From Candidatus Altimarinota bacterium (GTDB taxonomy: Bacteria > Patescibacteriota > Gracilibacteria > CAIRYL01 > GCA-016699755): 64,000 bases of DNA. The notes below the pieces were generated by a model. It was not told the origin of the DNA, ran no database searches, and worked only from the letters and a program-made list of their open reading frames with translations. Of the stretch, positions 55,839-64,000 are shown one piece after another (the first letter of the stretch is position 1; each line of letters opens with the position of its first letter). The stretch is from contig OY760935.1 of NCBI GenBank assembly GCA_963664295.1, forward strand, positions 768,001 through 832,000, given 5' to 3'. Made by a program: the position numbers and the translations under genes.

Positions 55839-58800
55839 TCATGAAATATTCACAGTTGGTCCTGAAGGATTTTCTTCAGGATTTGCATTAATATCACCAT
55901 CTACACGACCAGCACTTCCGTCGCCGCCTGGCCTTATTTCTTGACTTGCATCTCCTGCTCCCCCTGCTTGTTTTCTTATGTTAATCTCCACATCTTCTTC
56001 TCTTCTTCCTCCTGCTAATGAAATTGTCCATATATCTTTGTATGGTTTTAGTGGATCAGGCATTACTGATGTTCTTATAATTTTAGCTTTTCTAAGGAAT
56101 GTCTTCATTTCTTTGATGTCAGTATCAACACCAAAACTAAGGCCATGGGCAATAACTGGATTAAAACATTCAAATTCTTGCCCTCGAGTTCCATAAGAAA
56201 ACCCAACAACAGCATTAAGATCAAAACTTAAATTTACTATTTTCTTTTCACCAGTTTGCTTATTTTCAATTTTAATTAACTCATATGTATCAATTTTTTG
56301 GTTCTTTTTTAATTTTTTAAAAATCTCGTTAACAATTTCTTTTATGTTTGCGGGATTTTTTAAAAAATTAGCATCATTACCAAGTGCATCTGCCCATTGA
56401 TCGAGCACTTTTTTTATTGCTCTTTTAATTCTTGCTTTTATGTCTTCTTCGTTTTGTTCAACATACAATTTTAATGCTCCCCTGCTATCTGCTAATCTTT
56501 TTGTCACAGTTGGCACCTCGTCTTTAAAAGCAGTAAATTGACGCAAGGTCACACCTCCTCCACCAATTCCCTTTCTTGCGAGCATGATTGCTGTGGAACC
56601 ATGTATTAGTGAATCATAATCAAAAAGTGATCCTGGTATTTTTGCCAATTCAGCTTTAATTGCAGGAGCTTCGCCATTAGTTCCATGTTGATAAGCTGAT
56701 CTCTGAAAATCTTTTACTGTGTCAAGTAAAGCTTTCATTTCATCTACCAATTTATGAGTCAAAGTATATGAATACCTAAATTGCTCCTGTTTTGGCAAAA
56801 GTCCTGCAACATCATTCACCATTCCACTTGCCCGAAGCATATCTAAGCTATTTCCATCAAAGCCAGCGTCTGTGGAATTGCGCTCATAAACTTCATTCAT
56901 AACCCTGCGCACAAAAAGATATTCTTTGCCTCCCAGGCTTGTTTTCTCTTCTTCAGTAAGAAGATTTAATATTTGACCTTTTATTGCTGAACGATCTACG
57001 CCTAGATCAACCCCATAGTCAATAATTAAGTTCAACAAAGCTATCTTTTGATTATCTTCTTTGATCGCAGTTGCCAATTCTTCTGCCTTTTGAATTTCAT
57101 CTTTTGTTAATTCGTAATCATAATTTTTTATATCCGCTGGCTCTGCTTCTAGCGACTCTGATAATAAATGCTTATCAAAACTTGCTCCATGAAAACCTGC
57201 CGGAGCTACTGCTGTTGCTTTCCCTTCCGCATTTAAACTTGCTCCATTATTATCAACACCATAATTATTCACTCTCACTAATTTAGTGTCTTGATGTCGA
57301 ACATAAAAACAATAAGCGGATTTATCAACAGTTTTTTGCACCTCAGCAAAATTAAAATCTGTAGTATTATCAGTAATAATCACGGTTCTTTCCGATCTTC
57401 CTGTGTGTGCAGAGAGATTTCCCACTCGCACAGAAGGTATATTTGCTTTAGCTTCATCAAGATTAGATAGTGGCCCTAAATCAATAAACAAACCATTTTG
57501 AGGCATAATAGAGTGCGCCCTATTTGCAAAATCTGCAAATTTACCAGCAAACATAATCTTAGTATCTTTTGCTGGATTGGTTTTTGGCATAACTTGCAAA
57601 TAATAACGACCGTTATCCGCATTTTTGTTTATATTTGTTTCCCAACCCAATGCATTAAATGGCTCTTTATATAAATTTTCTAATTTTTTTATAGTCAAGC
57701 TCTCTTTGTTTTCTATGCTTACTGATCCTTCTTTTTCTTCATCAATAGCAAACTCAAGCTCGCCATCACTTGTTGGCACTGTGTAATAGCTTTCTTGACC
57801 TGTTATTGTTTTATTTCTTAAAACAACTTTTTCGTCAGGAGTAATTTGATCCATAAGAGCCAATTGCTCCATGAGCTGTCTTTCTTTGCCAAGCAATTGC
57901 TCGCTATATCCTTTTGCATGATATTTTGTTCCTGTTGCAAAAGAAAGGCTCAAAAATGGCAAAATCATGCCATTAAGCCAAGCAGCTACACCAAGACTAG
58001 TAATAGGCGTACGAGGTATTATTCCTTTTGGTGAACCATCAATAATAGCCAACTTAATTCTTTGTCTTAACTCTGCAGGAGGTGGAGCATTTTCTCCTAA
58101 TTCTATATTTAGAGTTTTGCCATCAAAAGTAGCGTTTACTCCTTCTGTAGAAATTCTTTCTGCAATTTGGTTCCACATTGACCGAACCGGACTGCGCTCA
58201 ACACCAGCAAATCCCATAAAGCCCAAAGTGCTATAACCTCCACCAAGAAACAAACTCCATTCTTTACTATCTCCAAAATTATAATGTGCTGTCAATGTTG
58301 TTGCGCCAAATGTGCTTGTTGCGCCAGCTGCTGAAAAATCAAGTCTAAATTTTTCTGTATTAAAAATAGTCCAATTAACACCACCAGAAACAAATGGAGT
58401 GTATCCAACCTTTCCTGTGTCCATGTTTTCCTGCCTGCTTCCACCAACACCAAGAAACAAAACAAAACCACGACCAAGATCAATGGCCTTGTTAACACTA
58501 AAAGCAAAAAGAAGTTCTTCTTCTGTGCCAACTTCGTTTCCATGCTGATTAGATGTTTGTATGTCTGTCACTTGACCATAAAGCAAAGCATGATAAAGAA
58601 CTTGCGATTGTGCTTCCTGACTAAAACTTACTCCTTCTGGCATTTCTTTTTTAATTTTATCAACAAAATAATTTGCAATAGCAATTTTTTGTAACACTTC
58701 TGCTTTTTCTTCTTCTCCTAATCCTAAACTATTAATATAAGCCTCTAATACTTCTTTTCCTTTTTGTGCTTTTTCATGCAAATCTGTAGGGTTAATTTTT

Positions 58801-60386
58801 GAAAACTTGAGCGCACTTCGAACTTCTTGGTTTTCTGCGAGTGGTCTTTGACTTGCTAAGCTAAAATCTTCTTTTCCTTTATTTTTAGGATTAAAATTTC
58901 TGCCCTCATACATTGCTTTTAAGCCAAAAATTACATTTTTTATTTTATATGTACTATTTTGAACACTTATCTCTTCATCAAGATCACCTTTCCCAAATTT
59001 AAAATTAGTTTTATATTTTTTTAATTTTGCAAGTTCTTCTTCATAATAATCTTCTTTTTCGCGAATTAACCAAATTTCTTTATCTAACTCATCAATTTGT
59101 TTTTCAATTTGTTTTCTTGCTTGTTTGTCTTTTTGCCCTTTTAGCGCAAGCTTTTTGTCTCCTATTTCTTGTTTTAAAGCTTTTATCAAGGTGTCTGCTG
59201 TGCCATCTTTTTTTGAATATTCTTCCATAAACTCTGCATATGCCTTACCTTTTTCACTAGCCAAATGCAATAATGCTCCAAATTTTTCCTCACTAAATTG
59301 ACCATTTTCATCTACACAAGCTGTGCGAATTTGATCATATAATTGAATTTCATCAACACCAATATCACCCATAATATTCACCCTTATTCTTTTTCCTCTA
59401 TCAACATCATCAACATTGGTTGATTTTTTAATGCCAGCTTCTATGTGTTTATCGTCATCAAAATTACAAAGTTGCCTCAAAGCAAGTTCATGGGAAGCTA
59501 AGGTTTCACCATCTTCTCCTGCAACTGCCAATCTGTCATTGCCTTTTGGCGCTTTTGCCATTTCATTAAAAGTAAGACCAGAAATTGCTTCGGCCAATCT
59601 TTTAAGATCTTCAATTAACTCATTTTTATAAATCCCGATTTCTGTCTTTCTTAAAGATGTTGATTCTTTTAAATAAATTTCATTCATCTTTTTTGCAAAC
59701 TCGTTTTCCGGCAAATCAACAATTGCCTCAATCAAATCATCATAGCTCACTTCTTTGTGCACTCCCCAAAAACCAGCTAATAAATTACGAAGAAACTTGT
59801 TGGTATTTGGACTAAGAACACCAAGTTTTTTCAAAGCATTCTCAACATGCTTAATACCATTAAGTCGTTCAAAATGGGAATTATCAAGCTGTTCACCACG
59901 CACACCTTTAAATCCATCAATAATTTCCTGATCTAGTTTAATTTTTTCATTTCCTTTGTCTAATCCTGCTTCAATTTGTTTTTCTGCAAGTTTTAATAAA
60001 TTTTTTTGCGTATCATCAACAACTTTTTGCATGTCTTTAAGTGCTTTTTCTAGTTTTTTTGTTTGTCTTTTGTCTAAACCTTGCCAAAATTGTGTTTCTT
60101 TTAGTATTAATTCATTTTTTGTAGCTTCTTCTGCGTTTTGTATTTTTTGTCTTAATTGCAAAATATTAATTTGCTTATCGTCTAGTGTAATTTTATGTTT
60201 ATCAATAATCTCCATTACTTTTGTGTGGTCATCTATAATCTCTGCACTTTTCGGATCATCATAAAGGCTTCTATTGACTGCACCAGGCATTGCAGTTTCT
60301 GGCACTGGCACTTTATTAAAACATCTTCTCTTCTCCAGCCAAAAAGAATTATAAAATCCTCTGTTTTTTTGCAATCTGTTTTTCAT
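55839..60386 (-). CDS. Very large hypothetical protein (coiled-coil N-terminal half, central Gly/aromatic beta-rich segment)
   Basis: ~1515-aa ORF; ATG at 60386 (track start TTG 60407); no family recognised. Confidence 0.8.
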   Translation of the reverse strand: MKNRLQKNRGFYNSFWLEKRRCFNKVPVPETAMPGAVNRSLYDDPKSAEIIDDHTKVMEIIDKHKITLDDKQINILQLRQKIQNAEEATKNELILKETQFWQGLDKRQTKKLEKALKDMQKVVDDTQKNLLKLAEKQIEAGLDKGNEKIKLDQEIIDGFKGVRGEQLDNSHFERLNGIKHVENALKKLGVLSPNTNKFLRNLLAGFWGVHKEVSYDDLIEAIVDLPENEFAKKMNEIYLKESTSLRKTEIGIYKNELIEDLKRLAEAISGLTFNEMAKAPKGNDRLAVAGEDGETLASHELALRQLCNFDDDKHIEAGIKKSTNVDDVDRGKRIRVNIMGDIGVDEIQLYDQIRTACVDENGQFSEEKFGALLHLASEKGKAYAEFMEEYSKKDGTADTLIKALKQEIGDKKLALKGQKDKQARKQIEKQIDELDKEIWLIREKEDYYEEELAKLKKYKTNFKFGKGDLDEEISVQNSTYKIKNVIFGLKAMYEGRNFNPKNKGKEDFSLASQRPLAENQEVRSALKFSKINPTDLHEKAQKGKEVLEAYINSLGLGEEEKAEVLQKIAIANYFVDKIKKEMPEGVSFSQEAQSQVLYHALLYGQVTDIQTSNQHGNEVGTEEELLFAFSVNKAIDLGRGFVLFLGVGGSRQENMDTGKVGYTPFVSGGVNWTIFNTEKFRLDFSAAGATSTFGATTLTAHYNFGDSKEWSLFLGGGYSTLGFMGFAGVERSPVRSMWNQIAERISTEGVNATFDGKTLNIELGENAPPPAELRQRIKLAIIDGSPKGIIPRTPITSLGVAAWLNGMILPFLSLSFATGTKYHAKGYSEQLLGKERQLMEQLALMDQITPDEKVVLRNKTITGQESYYTVPTSDGELEFAIDEEKEGSVSIENKESLTIKKLENLYKEPFNALGWETNINKNADNGRYYLQVMPKTNPAKDTKIMFAGKFADFANRAHSIMPQNGLFIDLGPLSNLDEAKANIPSVRVGNLSAHTGRSERTVIITDNTTDFNFAEVQKTVDKSAYCFYVRHQDTKLVRVNNYGVDNNGASLNAEGKATAVAPAGFHGASFDKHLLSESLEAEPADIKNYDYELTKDEIQKAEELATAIKEDNQKIALLNLIIDYGVDLGVDRSAIKGQILNLLTEEEKTSLGGKEYLFVRRVMNEVYERNSTDAGFDGNSLDMLRASGMVNDVAGLLPKQEQFRYSYTLTHKLVDEMKALLDTVKDFQRSAYQHGTNGEAPAIKAELAKIPGSLFDYDSLIHGSTAIMLARKGIGGGGVTLRQFTAFKDEVPTVTKRLADSRGALKLYVEQNEEDIKARIKRAIKKVLDQWADALGNDANFLKNPANIKEIVNEIFKKLKKNQKIDTYELIKIENKQTGEKKIVNLSFDLNAVVGFSYGTRGQEFECFNPVIAHGLSFGVDTDIKEMKTFLRKAKIIRTSVMPDPLKPYKDIWTISLAGGRREEDVEINIRKQAGGAGDASQEIRPGGDGSAGRVDGDINANPEENPSGPTVNIS

Positions 60387-60529
60387 GTTTGTTTTTAATT
60401 TTTTCAAACTCCAACACTTAGAGTTTTAATCATAATATTATCTCATAAAAAAAACATTTTTGCAAATAAAACAATAGACAAAAACTTATTCTATGCCCTT
60501 TGTCAAACTGCCAAAAAACCGCACCAAAA

Positions 60530-60988
60530 TCAGTCTTCGAAGACTTTATTGCGAAATTTATTCAAATTATATTCAATTTTTTCAAAAAACGCCTCCCATC
60601 TCTCACGAGATTTCTTTTTTGACTCCCAGCCAACAGCAATTCCAATAATCAAAGACAAAAAAGCAGTAATTGCCCAAGCAAAATTAGCACCCATCAAAAA
60701 AGGCCCAAAAATCAAAACGCCAATCGCAACACCAGCTACAAAAGCCATGGGTAAAAGCAATTTTGATGATTCAACTTTTGCTTGCTTTGGTGGTGCTTCG
60801 GTCAAATTGAGCAAAAAATCCGCCGGAAGAATAATTTGATCACGATAGCCCCTTGATCTAACCAAAAAAGCAATATCTTTTGCATCACAATGTTTCACAA
60901 AATCATGCGCAGGTATTTCCACCTGTCTTGTTAACACAGTTTCTTCGATTGGTTCAATTCGCCTAATTTCAAATGGTGAATTACTCAT
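60530..60988 (-). CDS. Hypothetical membrane protein (two TM helices)
   Basis: 152-aa ORF overlapping the upstream gene by ATGA. Confidence 0.75.
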   Translation of the reverse strand: MSNSPFEIRRIEPIEETVLTRQVEIPAHDFVKHCDAKDIAFLVRSRGYRDQIILPADFLLNLTEAPPKQAKVESSKLLLPMAFVAGVAIGVLIFGPFLMGANFAWAITAFLSLIIGIAVGWESKKKSRERWEAFFEKIEYNLNKFRNKVFED

Positions 60989-61773
60989 GACAAAAGATTT
61001 TTTATTTTTGTTATTTGTTTTTCAAAATCCTGATCAAAATTAACAGCAAAACCGCCCCAAGCACCAAGAACAATGTCCGCCTCAATTTGCTCTAATTTAA
61101 AATTCACAAAAAGCACTGCTCCATTTTCGCTAATATTTCCCAAAAATGCTTTTTGCTCATCTTTTTCAAAGAAAAAATATTTTTCCTGCTCATCGCTAAC
61201 AAATTTATTTTCTATAAATAAATTTTCTAATTTTCTAATTTCTGGATTTGCTTCGCTAATTTTCTTTCCTTGTAAATATTTTTCTTTAATCAACTCGCTC
61301 TCTAGGAAAACAACTTGAGTATTTAAATTATTTACTTTGCTGTGCACTTCTTCTTTGTTTTCTGGTTTTTTTCTTGTGACTTTTTTTGATCCTGCAACAA
61401 AGACTCTCCTCAAAACATCAAAAATTTTTAAAGATATTTTTTTAATCCAATTTACAATTTTCATCGGATCAAGTCCTTTGTCTGCCCAATCCGAAATAAT
61501 CGGCACTCTCCAAAAAAGTCCATTATTTGCGTTAATAAAACCAGCAACTGCCACTAAGACAGTAATTACATTCAATTTATCCAAATCCCATGGCAAAAGC
61601 GCAATTAAAACAGCAATTAAAAACAAAATTGTTGCCTGCTTTGCGTGAAACTGAATAAATTCTGAGTCTTTTCGAAAATACAAAATCAAAGGCGCAAGCA
61701 CAAGCGTCCAGCTTGCTGCTGCAACATCTTTATTTTGCTCTATATCCTTTCTTTGTTCTGTATTTATTTCCAT
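60985..61773 (-). CDS. DUF4870-like membrane protein with C-terminal extension
   Basis: DIEQNKDVAAASW...KDSEFIQFHAKQATILF...WRVPII pattern; ATG at 61773. Confidence 0.7.
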   Translation of the reverse strand: MEINTEQRKDIEQNKDVAAASWTLVLAPLILYFRKDSEFIQFHAKQATILFLIAVLIALLPWDLDKLNVITVLVAVAGFINANNGLFWRVPIISDWADKGLDPMKIVNWIKKISLKIFDVLRRVFVAGSKKVTRKKPENKEEVHSKVNNLNTQVVFLESELIKEKYLQGKKISEANPEIRKLENLFIENKFVSDEQEKYFFFEKDEQKAFLGNISENGAVLFVNFKLEQIEADIVLGAWGGFAVNFDQDFEKQITKIKNLLS

Positions 61774-61883
61774 TGTTTTATCATTATTCAATCTATTATC
61801 TCATATTTTTATCAAAAAATCAATGTTTAAAGTTGAGCAAAGCCCTTTTTTGTGGCAGAATGTGCCAAGATTTTTAAATTATA

Positions 61884-64000
61884 ATGGCAGAAAAATACAA
61901 TCATTTAGAAATTGAGAAAAAATGGCAAAAATTTTGGGAAGAAAATAAAACTTTTAAAGCAAGTGAAGATACACAAAAAGAAAAATTTTATGCTTTGGAT
62001 ATGTTTCCATATCCATCTGGAGCTGGTCTTCATGTTGGTCACCCAGAAGGCTACACAGCTAGTGATATAATCTGTCGCTATAAACGCATGAAAGATTTTG
62101 AGGTTTTACACCCAATGGGCTGGGACGCTTTTGGTTTGCCTGCGGAAAACCACGCAATAAAAACAGGTATTCACCCAAGAATATCAACAGAAAACAATAT
62201 CAATGTTTTTCGCAAACAAATTAGATCAATTGGTTTTTCTTATGATTGGGATCGTGAAATCGACTCCACTGACCCTGCTTATTTCAAGTGGACTCAGTGG
62301 ATCTTCCTGCAATTTTTTAATTCTTATTTTGATAAAGAAGCAAACAAAGCAAAGCCAATCACAGAATTAGAAAAAAAACTGGAACAAGAAGGAAAATTCG
62401 ATGGACTTAGCCAAAAAGAGCGCAATGAAATTTTAAGCAAATACAGACTTGCCTACGAAGAAAAAGCGCCAATCAATTTTTGCCCAAGCTGTAAAACAGG
62501 CCTAGCAAACGAAGAAGTTGTTGATGGAAAATGTGAACGTTGCCACACACCAGTAGAAAGAAAAAATATCCGCCAATGGATACTTAGAATTACAAAATAT
62601 GCAGAAAGATTATTAAATGATCTTAATCCTGCCACTGCTTTTGTTTTGCATGGCTATGGTGCTGACTCTGGTTCTAATTTTTTTCCATGGACAAAAAAAG
62701 AACTGGAAAAAAGAGGTTTCGAAACATACGCACCAGATTTTCCAAACACAGAAAATCCAAATTACGAAGAATGGAAAAAATATTTTGAAAAAAACTACGG
62801 AGATAAAATTGATGAAAAAACAATTTTAATCGGACACTCACTTGGTGGTAGCTTCATTCTCCGTTGGCTTTCCGAAACAGGCAGACAAATCGACCAGGCA
62901 ATATTAATAGCTCCTGCAAAAAACGACTGTGGGATAAGTCAAATTGGCAATTTTTTTGATACTGAACTGGATTTTGAAAAAATCAAAAATATAACAAATA
63001 AAATAATTTTAATTGGCAGTGATAATGATCAATTTATCCCCAAAACTGACTTTGATAGCATTGCAGAAAGCACCAATGCAGAATTTAATCTTCTTCCAGG
63101 TCGTGAACATTTAATGGATTTAGATCTGCCAGAATTATTACCTTATTTAGACAAAGCCTCAGAAAATATTCTTGATTGGCCAGACAAAATCAGCATTATG
63201 CAAAAAAACTGGATTGGAAAATCACAAGGAGCAGAAGTTGATTTTGAAATAAATAATGAAAAAGTGACTGTGTTCACAACTCGTCCGGATACTCTTTTTG
63301 GTGCTACTTATTTTGTGCTTTCTCCTGAACACCCATTAGTTGAAAAAATCACCACTCCTGAGCAAAAAGAAGAAGTGGAAAAATATATCAAAGAAGCTCA
63401 ACACAAATCCGACATGGAACGAACAGAGCTAAATAAAGATAAAACCGGTGTCTTTACCGGCGCTTATGCTGTCAATCCTGTTAATAATGAAAAAATACCT
63501 GTTTGGATTGCAGATTATGTACTCATGAGCTATGGAACAGGAGCAATTATGGCAGTACCTGCCCATGATGAACGGGACTTTGAATTTGCACAAAAATTTG
63601 ATTTACCAGTAATTGAAGTTGTTAAAGCGCCTGCAGGAAATGAGGAAGAATGTTTTGCAGGAAATGGCACAGCAATAAACTCTGGTTTTCTTAACGAACT
63701 CAGCACAGAAGAAGCAAAAGAAAAAATAATCAACTGGTTAGAAGAAAAAAAACTAGGCAAAAAAACAATAAATTACAAAATCCGTGACTGGATTTTTTCT
63801 CGTCAAAGATACTGGGGAGAGCCAATCCCAGTAATTCATTGTGAAAAATGTGGCACAGTTGCCATGCCAGAAAAAGAATTACCACTCGAACTACCAGAGG
63901 TAGAACAATATGAGCCTTCCGGTACTGGCGAAAGCCCACTTGTAAACATAACAAACTGGGTAAACACTACTTGCCCGGAATGCGGAGGGAATGCAAAAAG
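61884..64000 (+). CDS. leuS: Leucine--tRNA ligase, partial, with an in-frame inserted alpha/beta hydrolase domain
   Basis: Absent from the ORF track (no stop in window). Manual translation: MAEKYNH...[71 protein letters not shown]. Confidence 0.97.
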   Translation, partial: MAEKYNHLEIEKKWQKFWEENKTFKASEDTQKEKFYALDMFPYPSGAGLHVGHPEGYTASDIICRYKRMKDFEVLHPMGWDAFGLPAENHAIKTGIHPRISTENNINVFRKQIRSIGFSYDWDREIDSTDPAYFKWTQWIFLQFFNSYFDKEANKAKPITELEKKLEQEGKFDGLSQKERNEILSKYRLAYEEKAPINFCPSCKTGLANEEVVDGKCERCHTPVERKNIRQWILRITKYAERLLNDLNPATAFVLHGYGADSGSNFFPWTKKELEKRGFETYAPDFPNTENPNYEEWKKYFEKNYGDKIDEKTILIGHSLGGSFILRWLSETGRQIDQAILIAPAKNDCGISQIGNFFDTELDFEKIKNITNKIILIGSDNDQFIPKTDFDSIAESTNAEFNLLPGREHLMDLDLPELLPYLDKASENILDWPDKISIMQKNWIGKSQGAEVDFEINNEKVTVFTTRPDTLFGATYFVLSPEHPLVEKITTPEQKEEVEKYIKEAQHKSDMERTELNKDKTGVFTGAYAVNPVNNEKIPVWIADYVLMSYGTGAIMAVPAHDERDFEFAQKFDLPVIEVVKAPAGNEEECFAGNGTAINSGFLNELSTEEAKEKIINWLEEKKLGKKTINYKIRDWIFSRQRYWGEPIPVIHCEKCGTVAMPEKELPLELPEVEQYEPSGTGESPLVNITNWVNTTCPECGGNAK

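Noticed and set aside
62625-63170. Intein or intron as explanation for the leuS insertion
   Set aside because: No N-terminal Cys/Ser with C-terminal His-Asn splice motifs and no homing endonuclease motif; open frame with clear alpha/beta hydrolase motifs
1-64000. Alternative genetic code 25 (UGA = Gly) as in Gracilibacteria/Absconditabacteria
   Set aside because: Conserved genes are full length under code 11, and TGA ends gmk, wecB and ispDF at the expected positions, including ATGA overlaps

Overview
AT-rich bacterial chromosomal window read with genetic code 11. Gene content (class I LysRS, Elp3, TrbC/VirB2-like pilins, giant PKD and DUF11 surface proteins, ECF sigma with FecR-type anti-sigma) points to a Patescibacteria/CPR genome, probably Peregrinibacteria-like; this assignment is inference. 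Housekeeping genes include ribH, dnaJ, nrdR, an aroA-aroK fusion, gmk, map, wecB, lysS, elp3, ruvB, ispDF, ispE, hom, murC and a partial leuS, plus tRNA-Arg(UCU), tRNA-Gln(CUG) and RNase P RNA. The most striking unexplained signal is a ~480-nt multi-helix RNA-like element at ~10656-11140 with its own sigma70-type promoter, which I cannot match to any family I know. Other notable items: an intact-looking alpha/beta hydrolase inserted in-frame in LeuRS; a small tRNA-Arg-anchored island with a Zn-ribbon plus TIR/NDT-like gene; a palindromic mini-element that duplicates the tRNA-Gln 3' end; an 875-aa protein with a hidden RelA/SpoT-like synthetase domain; and a pilin to pilin-PKD to PKD/acidic-tail surface operon. 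All calls come from reading the sequence by eye; no searches or folding programs were run.
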